Source: Sphingobacteriia bacterium | Lineage (GTDB): Bacteria > Bacteroidota > Bacteroidia > UBA7662 | Direction: 5' to 3' | DNA: 57,677 bases | NCBI GenBank assembly: GCA_009927485.1 | Contig: RFMW01000160.1 | Span: 1 to 57,677, forward strand | In this document: one piece after another, positions 40,232 through 49,763 of the stretch | How positions within the stretch are numbered: position 1 is the first letter of the stretch | How the letters are laid out: every line of letters begins with the position of its first letter | The notes under the pieces: generated by a model | Told to the model about the DNA's origin: nothing | Databases searched by the model: none | The model's input: the letters and a program-made list of their open reading frames with translations, nothing else | Made by a program: the position numbers and the translations under genes

Positions 40232-40852
40232 TTAAAAAAGCCCCCCCAATTCGGACTCGATTTTGAGAAGGATTTGACCAAAATCTTCGGGTTTGTCTGC
40301 AAAGTTGATTTGATCCACGGGGATAATGAGCAGTTTGCCATCGGTGTACCCTTCAATCCATGCTTCGTAACGTTCGTTAAGGCGCTTGAGGTAATCCAAT
40401 CGAATATTATCCTCGAATTCGCGACCACGCCTTTGGATTTGACGAACCAGGGTAGGAACGGATGCACGCAGATAGATCAACAAATCCGGTTTCTGCAAGT
40501 GGCTGCTCATGGCTTCAAAAAGTCGCGTATAATTATCAAAGTCCCTGCTGCTCATAAGCCCCATGGCATGCAGATTGGGGGCAAAAATATGGGCGTCCTC
40601 GTAAATCGTTCTGTCCTGCACCGTGTTATGGTCTTTGGCGAACATCTCACGGTTTTGTCTGTAGCGGGAATTCAAGAAATAAATTTGCAGGTTGAAGGAC
40701 CAACGTTGCATGTCTTCGTAGAAGTCGTTGAGGTAGGGATTTTGATCGACCTCTTCAAAATGAGGCTCCCATCCATAATGCTGGGCTAACATTTCGGTGA
40801 GGGTGGTTTTACCGGACCCGATGTTTCCAGCGATGGCAATATGTTTACTCAT
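40232..40852 (-). CDS. Deoxynucleoside kinase
   Basis: 206 aa. P-loop IAGNIGSGKTTL, plus NPYLNDFY, WSFNLQIYFLNSR and DRTIYED. Confidence 0.9.
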   Translation of the reverse strand: MSKHIAIAGNIGSGKTTLTEMLAQHYGWEPHFEEVDQNPYLNDFYEDMQRWSFNLQIYFLNSRYRQNREMFAKDHNTVQDRTIYEDAHIFAPNLHAMGLMSSRDFDNYTRLFEAMSSHLQKPDLLIYLRASVPTLVRQIQRRGREFEDNIRLDYLKRLNERYEAWIEGYTDGKLLIIPVDQINFADKPEDFGQILLKIESELGGLF

Positions 40853-40923
40853 TTCTAATCGGCTTGACTTGGTAACGAAGATAATCCTAATTCACCTCGA
40901 ATGAAAACCGGTTTAAGGTCTAC

Positions 40924-41913
40924 TCAAAAGCCCATCAGGCTTCTAACTTCCTGCAAGGTTCTTTGGGCGGAGGCTTTGGCTTTGGCCGCGCCCATACGTC
41001 GAATTTCCTCCAATTCCGAAGGCTTGCTTTGTAGGTTCAAAATGTTGTCGCGTAACGGGGCAAGGTACAGAATCATATCCTCGGCCAATTGTTTTTTGAG
41101 ATCTCCGTACCGTATGCTGCAGTCGGCATATGCCTCCCTGAATTGGGTAACGACTTCTTGGGTTGACACAATCTCCAACAGTTGAAACAAATTGGCCACC
41201 GCTCCTTCAGGGGTTGAACCGGAAACCGTGGGACCGGTGTCGGTCACTGCACGCATGATCTTTTTGCGAACGGAGGCGGGGTCCTCGGCCAGGAAGATGG
41301 CATTCCCTGCCCCTTCGGATTTACCCATTTTGCCGGATCCATCCAAACCAGGAACTTTAACGAGATCTTGACTTCGATCGCGATAAGGCTGAGGTTCGGG
41401 GAAGCAGGTGGTTTGGTAAAAATGATTGAAGCGCTGAGCGAAATTTCTGGCCATTTCCAAATTCTGTTCCTGGTCCTTGCCCACAGGCACCGATTCTCCC
41501 TTATGCAAAAGAATATCGGCCGCCATCAAGACGGGGTAGGTCAGCAAGCCTGCATTGACATTGTCAGGCTGAGAACGGACCTTGTCTTTGAAGGAGGTGC
41601 AGCGTTCCAATTCCCCAACGTAGGCGTGCATGTTCAGAAGCAGGTACAGCTCCGCGGTTTCGGGCACATCGCTTTGAACATAAAGAGTGCATTGTTCCGG
41701 GTTTAAACCTGCGGCCAGGTATTCAGCCAGGACCGTATACACCCGTTGCTTCGCTTGGTTGGGCTCGGGGTGGGTCGTTAAGGCGTGGTAATCCGCAATG
41801 AAGAAATAGCAATCCATCCGGGATTGCATGCCTACAAATTGACGCAAGGCACCCATGTAATTACCCAGGTGCAATTGCCCGGTGGAACGAATCCCGGAGA
41901 CGACTTTGATCAT
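40924..41913 (-). CDS. trpS: Tryptophan--tRNA ligase
   Basis: 329 aa. Contains GIRSTGQLHLGNY (HIGH-like) and KMGKS (KMSKS). Confidence 0.95.
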   Translation of the reverse strand: MIKVVSGIRSTGQLHLGNYMGALRQFVGMQSRMDCYFFIADYHALTTHPEPNQAKQRVYTVLAEYLAAGLNPEQCTLYVQSDVPETAELYLLLNMHAYVGELERCTSFKDKVRSQPDNVNAGLLTYPVLMAADILLHKGESVPVGKDQEQNLEMARNFAQRFNHFYQTTCFPEPQPYRDRSQDLVKVPGLDGSGKMGKSEGAGNAIFLAEDPASVRKKIMRAVTDTGPTVSGSTPEGAVANLFQLLEIVSTQEVVTQFREAYADCSIRYGDLKKQLAEDMILYLAPLRDNILNLQSKPSELEEIRRMGAAKAKASAQRTLQEVRSLMGF

Positions 41914-41952
41914 GCCTGCAAAATACTGAATTTAGGCCTTACCTTAACGCAC

Positions 41953-42759
41953 ATGCTACAGAACAAGGGCAGCAGAATCCACTCCCGGGCACGGGATGTC
42001 GCTCAGCTTTATGCGCAGTACCGTCAGCGACCTTTTGCTTTTCGATATTACCGATTTCGGGCCTATTTATGCTTGGCCTACTTTGTCTTGTTTTTTGCTT
42101 TGTCTTATCCTTTTTTTCGTTGGACCATGGCCAAAGCTTCGCGTTATCGATGGGGGCAGCGTTGGAGGGTGGTCTGGGCCAAGAGTATAGCCATGCTTTT
42201 TGGAATTCGGGTGCAAACCGTAGGGAAGGTCCCGGAAGCTTGCCCCAAACTGATGATAGTGGCCAATCATTTTTCTTATCTGGATATTCCGATCTTGGTG
42301 GCGGCCTTGCCTTTGGACCTGCATTTTGTGGCCAAGGCTGAACTGTTGCGCTTCCCCTTTTTCCGTCATTTCTTTCGAACGATGGATATTGCAATTCCAC
42401 GCTCCAGCGCCCAGGGATCCATGAAGGCCTACCGTAGGGTGGAGGAGTTTTGGAAAGCCGGGTCTGCCGTCGTGGTCTTTCCCGAAGGTGGGATCTTGGG
42501 CCAAGCTCCTGCGATGACCGCTTTTCGCTCCTCACCGTTTGCGGTTGCCCTTCAGCAAGGTGCGACCGTCTTGCCCGTATCTTTGCCCGATACATGGAAA
42601 ATATTGCCCGAATGCCCACGACATTTTCTACGCCCCGGTCCATGCCGGGTACACATTTTGGAGCCCCAGGTTCCCGAGACCTTCTTCGGCGATGAGAAGG
42701 CCCTCAAAAACAAATGTTACGAATTGATCCGTCACGATTTGATTGCCCATGAAAGTTGA
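41953..42759 (+). CDS. plsC: 1-acyl-sn-glycerol-3-phosphate acyltransferase
   Basis: Contains ANHFSYLD (HX4D) and VVFPEGG. The start is at the ATG at 41953 because the ORF-track start at 41785 overlaps trpS. Confidence 0.8.
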   Translation: MLQNKGSRIHSRARDVAQLYAQYRQRPFAFRYYRFRAYLCLAYFVLFFALSYPFFRWTMAKASRYRWGQRWRVVWAKSIAMLFGIRVQTVGKVPEACPKLMIVANHFSYLDIPILVAALPLDLHFVAKAELLRFPFFRHFFRTMDIAIPRSSAQGSMKAYRRVEEFWKAGSAVVVFPEGGILGQAPAMTAFRSSPFAVALQQGATVLPVSLPDTWKILPECPRHFLRPGPCRVHILEPQVPETFFGDEKALKNKCYELIRHDLIAHES

Positions 42760-42774
42760 TTGCCCATGAAAGTT
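42741..42774 (+). repeat. Perfect 17-nt tandem duplication across the plsC stop and the gatC start
   Basis: gattgcccatgaaagtt occurs at 42741-42757 and again at 42758-42774. Confidence 0.95.
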
Positions 42775-43062
42775 AATCTCGAAACCTTGCAACGTATCGC
42801 CCATTTGGCTCGTTTGGAATTTGATCCGGACAAAGCCGACGCCATGTTGGCCGATATGAATCGTTTTCTCGAATATGCACGAATTATTGATTCCGTTCCT
42901 ACCGAGGGTATAGAGCCTTTGGTGTACATGAACGAACAAGGCCTTGCGCCAAGAGAGGACAGGGTTGTTCAGACCATATCGCATCAAGAAGCCCTTGCCA
43001 ATGCTCCTGCTTCCGATTCGGATTATTTCCGAGTGCCCAAGGTGGTCAAGAAAACCAATTGA
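42766..43062 (+). CDS. gatC: Asp/Glu-tRNA amidotransferase subunit C
   Basis: [44 protein letters not shown]. The ATG at 42766 is preferred over the TTG at 42760. Confidence 0.9.
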   Translation: MKVNLETLQRIAHLARLEFDPDKADAMLADMNRFLEYARIIDSVPTEGIEPLVYMNEQGLAPREDRVVQTISHQEALANAPASDSDYFRVPKVVKKTN

Positions 43063-43790
43063 TGTTACCCAACAATGCTCTAATCTCCTTGGAGGGAATA
43101 CAACGCCTGTACAGCATGGGCGATGAGACCATTTATGCACTTCGGGGTATCGATTTGCAAATCAAGCGCAACGAATATGTGGCCCTGATGGGTCCCTCCG
43201 GTTCAGGCAAGTCCACGTTAATGAACTTGATTGGCTGTTTGGACTCTCCAAGCTCAGGCTCTTATTGGCTTAACGGACAAGATGTTGCGGGTCTCAGCGA
43301 CAATCGCCTTGCCGAAATTCGGAATCGCGAAATTGGCTTTGTATTCCAAACCTTTAATTTGTTACCCCGTCTAACGGCATTGGACAATGTAGCATTGCCC
43401 TTGGTCTATGCAGGGGTTACGGAACTTGAGCGTAGAGAGCGGGCGCATGATGTCCTTAAGCAGGTCGGTTTGCAAGACAGGGTAGGGCACCGTCCCAACG
43501 AACTATCGGGAGGACAACGGCAAAGGGTAGCCTTGGCAAGGGCGCTCGTCAACAAACCTTCCTTGATTCTCGCGGACGAACCTACGGGCAATTTGGATTC
43601 CAAAACTTCGGTGGAAATCATGGAAATGTTTGCATCAATCCATGCATTAGGGAATACCATTGTGCTGGTTACCCACGAAGAGGATATTGCAAGGCATGCG
43701 CACCGTATGGTCCGCCTCAAAGATGGCCGCATCGAATCGGATGCTCTTACCCTAAATCAGGACCATGAAGATCTACACCAAAACGGGTGA
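43062..43790 (+). CDS. ABC transporter ATP-binding protein (MacB/LolD family)
   Basis: Contains [36 protein letters not shown] and VTHEEDIA. The ATG overlaps the gatC stop codon by 1 nt. Confidence 0.88.
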   Translation: MLPNNALISLEGIQRLYSMGDETIYALRGIDLQIKRNEYVALMGPSGSGKSTLMNLIGCLDSPSSGSYWLNGQDVAGLSDNRLAEIRNREIGFVFQTFNLLPRLTALDNVALPLVYAGVTELERRERAHDVLKQVGLQDRVGHRPNELSGGQRQRVALARALVNKPSLILADEPTGNLDSKTSVEIMEMFASIHALGNTIVLVTHEEDIARHAHRMVRLKDGRIESDALTLNQDHEDLHQNG

Positions 43791-44340
43791 TTCCGGTAGC
43801 AGTTCGCTCCTTGGTGGCAGCAGGGTATCCAAATCGGATCCGCGCCTGGAGGCTTATGGTACACTGGACGAACTTAATGCCTGGATTGGTCTTCTCAAGG
43901 AGCAGGAAGCATTGAGCTCCCACCGTGCCTTCCTGGGAGAAATTCAGGAGGAGCTCTTTAGCATGGGGTCGCATTTGGCTGCCGAGAATCAGGCCGAAGT
44001 GGAGACATGGAAATTACCGGCAATGAACATCCGTTTGGTAGGTCGGTTGGAAGCCGAGATGGACCGAATGGACGCCGCCTTGGAGCCGCTCAGGAACTTT
44101 ATCTTGTCGGGTGGCCATCCTGCCTCGGCCATGGCCCAAGTAGTTCGTACGATCTGCCGCAGGGCCGAAAGGGCCGTGGTTTCGCTCAAGGTCGCCATGC
44201 CTGACCAAGCTACAAGGTTGGAGCCCGTCGTGGTGACGCTCAACCGACTATCGGATTACTTCTTCGTCCTGGCTCGCGAAATATTACGTTCTCAAGGGAT
44301 TGAGGCCCATGTTTGGAACCCTCGCGCTGGGCAACTTTGA
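43765..44340 (+). CDS. ATP:cob(I)alamin adenosyltransferase, PduO type
   Basis: 191 aa. Contains [18 protein letters not shown], and later CRRAERAVV and [13 protein letters not shown]. It overlaps the upstream gene by 26 nt. Confidence 0.88.
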   Translation: MKIYTKTGDSGSSSLLGGSRVSKSDPRLEAYGTLDELNAWIGLLKEQEALSSHRAFLGEIQEELFSMGSHLAAENQAEVETWKLPAMNIRLVGRLEAEMDRMDAALEPLRNFILSGGHPASAMAQVVRTICRRAERAVVSLKVAMPDQATRLEPVVVTLNRLSDYFFVLAREILRSQGIEAHVWNPRAGQL

Positions 44341-44377
44341 CGGAATTAATAGCCTTTCGTTGTTTTGAGCGAGGGGC

Positions 44378-44407
44378 TTGTGAGTTTAATTAGAATTTTT
44401 ATATTTG
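44378..44407 (+). promoter_or_regulatory. Candidate sigma-A promoter for the DUF2795 gene (TTG-N19-TATATTTG)
   Basis: TTG at 44378-44380 and TATATTTG at 44400-44407, 29 nt upstream of the ATG at 44437. Confidence 0.55.
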
Positions 44408-44436
44408 CCGAACAATCCCACGCCTATCCCTAACCT

Positions 44437-44658
44437 ATGTACTGGACCCTGGAATTAGCCTCCCATCTCGAAGATGCCCCTTGGCCAGCCACCAAGGATG
44501 AGCTCATCGATTACGCCATACGGTCGGGTGCACCTATGGAGGTGATCGAGAACCTGCAAGAACTCGAAGACGATGGTGAACCCTACGAGACGATCGAAGA
44601 AATTTGGCCTGATTACCCCACCAAAGACGATTTCTTCTTCAACGAAGACGAATACTGA
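44437..44658 (+). CDS. DUF2795 domain-containing protein
   Basis: 73 aa. Contains WPATKDELIDYAIRSGAPMEVIENLQELEDDG. Confidence 0.8.
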   Translation: MYWTLELASHLEDAPWPATKDELIDYAIRSGAPMEVIENLQELEDDGEPYETIEEIWPDYPTKDDFFFNEDEY

Positions 44659-44721
44659 GGATTTAGCCCAGGGAATTGCCCAATCATCGCATTGCTATGA
44701 TGGCAATGATCCTTCGATGAA

Positions 44722-45495
44722 TTAATCTTGCTGCCTGGGTTGCTTGCGTTCAAAACGCTGGCGTAACAATTCAACCGAAGTGGAAAATGCCAGGGCGAAA
44801 TAGAGGTATCCTTTCGGCACTTCGAAGTGAAAACCCTCAATCAGCAACATAAATCCGATGAGCATAAGGAAGGACAAGGCCAAGATCTGCAAGGAGGGTT
44901 GTTTTTGTATAAACTGACCGATGGATTCTGCCATCGCAAGCATAACCATCATGGAAATAATCACCGCGGCAATCATCACTTGAATTTGATCGCTCAGCCC
45001 GACAGCGGTGAGAATGGAGTCAAAGGAGAAGACCAAATCAATAAGGATAATTTGGATGATAATCCCCGTGGCCATTCGGCGCTTGGATGCTCTGGCCTTG
45101 GTGGAGGCTAGAATTTTCGAGGAGTCCTCATCGGAACCATGGTCCATGGCAGGAGGGTTCTTGGAACCGGAATGCTCCAGGTGGTTGACCTTGGAATGCA
45201 ATTCCGAGGTGGTTTTGGCGAGCAGAAACAAACCACCCGCGAGGAGAACCAAATCTTTGGCCGAGGGTTCCCAACCCATCAGCCCAAAGGCGGGTTGGGT
45301 CAACCCCATTAGCCAAGAAATACTGAGCAGGAGACCAACCCGAAAGACAAGAGCCAAAATCAAGCCGATGCGTTGAATTCTTAGCCGATCAGCCTTGGGC
45401 AATTTATCGGTAAGAATGGTAATAAAAATAATGTTATCTATACCCAAAACGATTTCCAGAACCGTCAAGGTCAGCAAGGAAATTAACCATTCCAT
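44722..45495 (-). CDS. TerC family integral membrane protein
   Basis: 257 aa. Contains LEIVLGIDNIIFITIL, and later ILIDLVFSFDSILTAVG. Confidence 0.85.
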   Translation of the reverse strand: MEWLISLLTLTVLEIVLGIDNIIFITILTDKLPKADRLRIQRIGLILALVFRVGLLLSISWLMGLTQPAFGLMGWEPSAKDLVLLAGGLFLLAKTTSELHSKVNHLEHSGSKNPPAMDHGSDEDSSKILASTKARASKRRMATGIIIQIILIDLVFSFDSILTAVGLSDQIQVMIAAVIISMMVMLAMAESIGQFIQKQPSLQILALSFLMLIGFMLLIEGFHFEVPKGYLYFALAFSTSVELLRQRFERKQPRQQD

Positions 45496-45504
45496 AGGTA
45501 TTGA

Positions 45505-46554
45505 TTAAAGGATTAACAAGGCATCTCCGTAGGCGAAGAAGCGGTATTTCTTGGAAATGGCGACCTTGTAAATTTCTTTCAGGAAATCTTTCCCCGCAAA
45601 GGATGAAGCGATCATCAACGAGGTGGATTCGGGGAGTTGAAAATTGGTGAGTAAAGAATCGGCCAGTTTGAAGTCATGAGGTGGAAACATGTATTTGTCC
45701 GTCCAGCCGGTGGTGGGTTTAACTTTCCGTCCAGCAGACATCGAGGCTTCCAAGGCCCGCAAGGTAGTGGTTCCCACGGCACAAACCCGATGTTTGTGTT
45801 CCAGGCTTCGGTTGATGGTAGCTGCAGCGGATTCATCCACCTCAAAGAATTCAGACTCAGGCTTGTGCTTGGTGAGGTCTTCAACTTCTACAGGCTTAAA
45901 GACACCCAACCCAACGTGCAGGGTAATTTGAGGGGCCTCAATCCCAATTAGTTCCATGTGTTTAAGCACCGCAGGGCTGAAGTGCATTCCAGCGGTTGGG
46001 GCGGCGACGGCACCTACTCGGGAAGCAAAAATGGTTTGGTATCGTTGTTCGTCGTCCGGCAGTACGTCTCTGCCTAATTCTCTGGGCAAGGGTGTCTCTC
46101 CAAATTGAAACAGGGCTTGACGATAACCCTCGTCATCGCCGTCGAAAATAAAGCGAATGGTCCTGCCCCTTGAGGTCGTGTTATCGACGACTTCGGCCAC
46201 CAATTCGTCATGCTCTCCGAAGTACAATTTATTGCCCACTCGAATTTTGCGGGCTGGATCTACCAGGGCATCCCACATGCGCATGCTTCCATTGAGCTCT
46301 CTCAACAGAAAGACTTCAATCATGGCCCCAGTTTTTTCTTTGTTCCCGTACATTCTGGCCCTGAATACCTTGGAATTGTTAAGGACCAAGCTATCCCCTT
46401 CTTGGAAGATATCCAGAATATCCCTGAATTTCCGGTGCTCGATGGTCTGGGTCTTGCGGTCCACCACCATCATTTTGGAGTCATCCCTGTTGGGTAGGGG
46501 CTTGGAGGCGATGAGGCTGGAGGGCAGGTCGAACTTAAATTCCGATAATTTCAA
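45505..46554 (-). CDS. queA: S-adenosylmethionine:tRNA ribosyltransferase-isomerase
   Basis: Contains PTAGMHF and AVGTTTLRALE. A TTG start at 46554 gives the canonical N-terminus (M)KLSEFKFDLPSSLIA and a 349 aa protein. The ORF-track TTG at 46587 lies inside the candidate -7 box. Confidence 0.88.
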   Translation of the reverse strand: MKLSEFKFDLPSSLIASKPLPNRDDSKMMVVDRKTQTIEHRKFRDILDIFQEGDSLVLNNSKVFRARMYGNKEKTGAMIEVFLLRELNGSMRMWDALVDPARKIRVGNKLYFGEHDELVAEVVDNTTSRGRTIRFIFDGDDEGYRQALFQFGETPLPRELGRDVLPDDEQRYQTIFASRVGAVAAPTAGMHFSPAVLKHMELIGIEAPQITLHVGLGVFKPVEVEDLTKHKPESEFFEVDESAAATINRSLEHKHRVCAVGTTTLRALEASMSAGRKVKPTTGWTDKYMFPPHDFKLADSLLTNFQLPESTSLMIASSFAGKDFLKEIYKVAISKKYRFFAYGDALLIL

Positions 46555-46584
46555 GGCGTTGGGTAGTTTTTGGGTAAGAAAACG

Positions 46585-46592
46585 CAAAGATA
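46585..46592 (-). promoter_or_regulatory. Candidate sigma-A -7 box (TATCTTTG, followed by CG) for queA-terC
   Basis: The plus strand reads cgcaaagata, so the minus strand reads TATCTTTGCG. The box lies about 30 nt upstream of the TTG at 46554. Confidence 0.5.
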
Positions 46593-46624
46593 ATGTAAAC
46601 TTGAGGCGCTAATCCCTCAACGAA

Positions 46625-47896
46625 ATGGCTGTACCAAGTTCCTTACGAATTCTGTGGTTTCCACTGGTGGAGGGGTCCCGGATGGCCTTGTTTTCCTTGT
46701 GGTCCAACCGTCTTCGTACCTTTTTGTCCTTGTTGGGGATATCCATAGGGATTTTTACGGTAATCACGGTTTTCACCTTGGTGGATTCCTGGGAACTCAA
46801 GTTCAAGAATTCCCTCTCCAACTTGGGGAACGAGGTTATTTATGTGGAGAAATGGCCATGGGCCTTCAATTCCGAATATCCTTGGTGGAAATACATGTCC
46901 AGGCCTCAACCATCCTACCGGGAGTTTCAAGAACTGCAAAAGCGAAGCGAAGGCAAGGCCGAAATCGCACTTTTTGTGGATTTCGAAATGGATCGAATCA
47001 AAGGTGGCCGTGAGGAATTATCCAAGATCAAAGCCTTGGCCGTGAGTCAGCTTTACCCGGAACTACGGGAATTTGAGTTGGAGAATGGCCGATTCTTCCA
47101 CCCCTCGGAGTCCAATACCGGGGCCAGGGTGGTTCTCTTGGGTTCAGGTATCGCACAGGAGCTCTTTGGTTCTGCCGATAGAGCCCTAGGCCAAAGGGTT
47201 CGTTGTTTGGGGCAAAGCGCCACAGTTTTGGGGGTCATCCGCAAAGAAGGTAACAACTCCATCAACACCAGTTTGGATGAGGCCATCCTGTTGCCTGTAA
47301 ATTGGTTGCGTAAAGTCAAAGGACAAAGCTTTGAAGATTATTATCCTCTGCTCATGGCCAAGCCCAAAGGTCAAATTCCATTCGAAGAATTCAAGGCAGA
47401 ATTACGGGGCAGAATGCGATCCATACGACGATTATCTCCTCGCCGGGAGGATAATTTTGCACTGAATCAACTTTCCTTGCTTGCGAATCAATTGCAGGCC
47501 ACTTTTGCAACGATTGGGATTATCGGTTGGATAGTAGGAGGATTTTCCTTGCTGGTTGGAGGTTTTGGAATCGCCAACATCATGTTTGTATCGGTTTACG
47601 AAAGGACCCCGCAAATCGGAGTGCAAATGGCCTTGGGTTCGCAACGCTCCTTTGTCATCCTGCAGTTCTTGTTGGAATCGGTGGTCCTAAGTTTGTTGGG
47701 CGGAATGATGGGCCTACTCGCCGTCGCGGGCCTTGTGGCGGCATTGAACGCATTCATGGATTTGGAATTGACGCTCTTGTGGCATAATGTGTTTATGGCG
47801 GCCGCAATTTCATCGGTGATTGGGCTGGTGGCCGGAATCTGGCCGGCATTGCGTGCGGGTCGTATGGATCCCGTCGAAGCCATGAGGCAGGTATAA
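46625..47896 (+). CDS. ABC transporter permease (MacB/FtsX family)
   Basis: 423 aa. N-terminal TM segment LRTFLSLLGISIGIFTV, a periplasmic MacB_PCD-like region and a C-terminal FtsX domain (GFGIANIMFVSVYERTPQIGVQMALG). Confidence 0.85.
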   Translation: MAVPSSLRILWFPLVEGSRMALFSLWSNRLRTFLSLLGISIGIFTVITVFTLVDSWELKFKNSLSNLGNEVIYVEKWPWAFNSEYPWWKYMSRPQPSYREFQELQKRSEGKAEIALFVDFEMDRIKGGREELSKIKALAVSQLYPELREFELENGRFFHPSESNTGARVVLLGSGIAQELFGSADRALGQRVRCLGQSATVLGVIRKEGNNSINTSLDEAILLPVNWLRKVKGQSFEDYYPLLMAKPKGQIPFEEFKAELRGRMRSIRRLSPRREDNFALNQLSLLANQLQATFATIGIIGWIVGGFSLLVGGFGIANIMFVSVYERTPQIGVQMALGSQRSFVILQFLLESVVLSLLGGMMGLLAVAGLVAALNAFMDLELTLLWHNVFMAAAISSVIGLVAGIWPALRAGRMDPVEAMRQV

Positions 47897-47909
47897 GAAC
47901 CGCGATGCC

Positions 47910-49712
47910 TCAACCAATCAGGACATGGGCCTTGGGATAGGTGTACGCTTGGTTCTCGCTCTTGGAAGCCAATGCAAAGGCCAGTGTCAAGGTACCTACC
48001 CTGCCCACGAACATGGAAAGCATCAAAATAGCTCTGCCGGCCTGACCCATTTCCATGGTCGGTCCTCTGGTTAAGCCAACGGTGCAAAAGGCCGAAACCT
48101 CTTCAAAGACCAAGTCCAGGATGGGGATACCGGGTTCGAGGATGGCCAAAACAAAGCTGCATCCAAAAATATAAGTGGCCGCAAAGAAAAAGATGGTATA
48201 GGCTTTGTTTAACAAATCAAAAGGAATGGAACGACCGCCAAGTTCCAATTGTTTTTTGTTACGTATGGTGGACCACACCGCCAGAACCAGCAAGGTAAAC
48301 GTAGAGGTTTTAATCCCTCCGGCAGTGGATCCGGAGCCCCCACCAATAAACATGAGGAAAATCATGAGCAGGCAGGTCGGCACACCAAAGGCCATCACAT
48401 CCAAGGTGTTGAAGCCCGCAGTTCTTGCGGAAGCTGAAGCAAAAAATGCATCAACCCAAGCATAAAACCCACGGTGATGAAGAAGTGTTCCCCCGGATTG
48501 TTGCTCCAACATCAAGAAAACTACCGTCCCAACCAGCAAAAGGAACACAGAGGTCCACACCGAAATTCGAGTGGAAAGTTTCCATTTCTTCCAAGGCGTA
48601 TTCAGCCGGGTTCGGATTTGATGGTATCCGAACAAATCCCGCAGGACCGGGAAGCCCAACCCACCCAAAATAATCAGCAATGCGATCAGGATTCGCAAAA
48701 CCGGGGCATGGTGGAGAAAAGGCTCCGCCAAACCCAGGGTATAAAGGGAGAATCCTGCATTGTTGAAGGCCGATACAGCATGGAAGATGGAGTGGAATGC
48801 CTTATCCAAAGCATTGAAATACATGGGGGATTCCAAGGGCCAAGAAAGGTATATCAAGGCGGCACCACCCATTTCCAAGAACAGGGAATAGAAGATGATT
48901 TGTCCCAAGAGTTTCTTGGCATCGAACAGACTTTCTTCCGACATGAAGTCTTTGATCATAGCCTGATGCGAGATGCCAACCCCCTTTTTGAGAAACAATG
49001 CAAAAAAAGTCGCAAAGGTCAGGATGCCAATGCCGCCCAATTGAATCAAGGCCAGGAGCACGCATTGCCCTTTGAAGGTGAGCGTCGATCCCACATCGAT
49101 GGTGCTCAGCCCTGTAACACAAGTTGCCGAAACCGACGTAAACAATGCATCCGCGAAGGGTAAGGATCCTGCCCTATGACTCATTTGGGGCAACATCAGC
49201 AGGCCTGTTCCGATGCCAATCAGGACTATAAACGAGACCATCAACGTCGCTGCAGGTTTAAGCCGAACCGTGACCACCGAATTGCTCAGTCGGATCAGCT
49301 CCAAACCCGCGAGGCCAATGGCCAAGGTATGCACAAACCATGCATAGGGCAGTAAATCTGCATAGTTTCGGGTAAACTCGGCAAACCAAGGGCGCCCCAT
49401 AAGCGCCCACAATCCTTCGGCACACCAGAGCCCAAGCAGCAGCGTTTCAAGGGAGGAGACCTGAAGAAAACTCCGTTCAAAGCGGGCAAAAAGCCAACGA
49501 ATAACAAAACTTAAGGCAAATACCCCTAGGAGTGAATTTTGCCATTCGATGATCTTGAATTGGCCTTGGACGGTCATCGGGAAACCGAAATAATAGACCA
49601 TTAAACCAATAGAGGCCATGGTGCCCAGGGTTCGAATCCAAAGGAGGATTTGCAGCAACGGCTTTTCGATCCGTAACAATTGAAGAAAACCGAACGATTG
49701 GAACAAAGACAT
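47910..49712 (-). CDS. trkH: TrkH/KtrB family potassium transporter with an N-terminal membrane extension
   Basis: 600 aa. Repeated M1-P-M2 units with selectivity-filter-like segments CVTGLS, NNAGFS, RTAGFN and CTVGLT. Confidence 0.85.
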   Translation of the reverse strand: MSLFQSFGFLQLLRIEKPLLQILLWIRTLGTMASIGLMVYYFGFPMTVQGQFKIIEWQNSLLGVFALSFVIRWLFARFERSFLQVSSLETLLLGLWCAEGLWALMGRPWFAEFTRNYADLLPYAWFVHTLAIGLAGLELIRLSNSVVTVRLKPAATLMVSFIVLIGIGTGLLMLPQMSHRAGSLPFADALFTSVSATCVTGLSTIDVGSTLTFKGQCVLLALIQLGGIGILTFATFFALFLKKGVGISHQAMIKDFMSEESLFDAKKLLGQIIFYSLFLEMGGAALIYLSWPLESPMYFNALDKAFHSIFHAVSAFNNAGFSLYTLGLAEPFLHHAPVLRILIALLIILGGLGFPVLRDLFGYHQIRTRLNTPWKKWKLSTRISVWTSVFLLLVGTVVFLMLEQQSGGTLLHHRGFYAWVDAFFASASARTAGFNTLDVMAFGVPTCLLMIFLMFIGGGSGSTAGGIKTSTFTLLVLAVWSTIRNKKQLELGGRSIPFDLLNKAYTIFFFAATYIFGCSFVLAILEPGIPILDLVFEEVSAFCTVGLTRGPTMEMGQAGRAILMLSMFVGRVGTLTLAFALASKSENQAYTYPKAHVLIG

Positions 49713-49763
49713 AGCTGAATTTAGGGTATGACCAAGGCAATCAAATTCAAGATGATTTGAGGA

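Noticed and set aside
45496-45504. I looked for a yybP-ykoY (manganese) riboswitch upstream of the TerC-family gene.
   Set aside because: Only 9 nt separate it from queA, so there is no room for a riboswitch. The gene is probably co-transcribed with queA.
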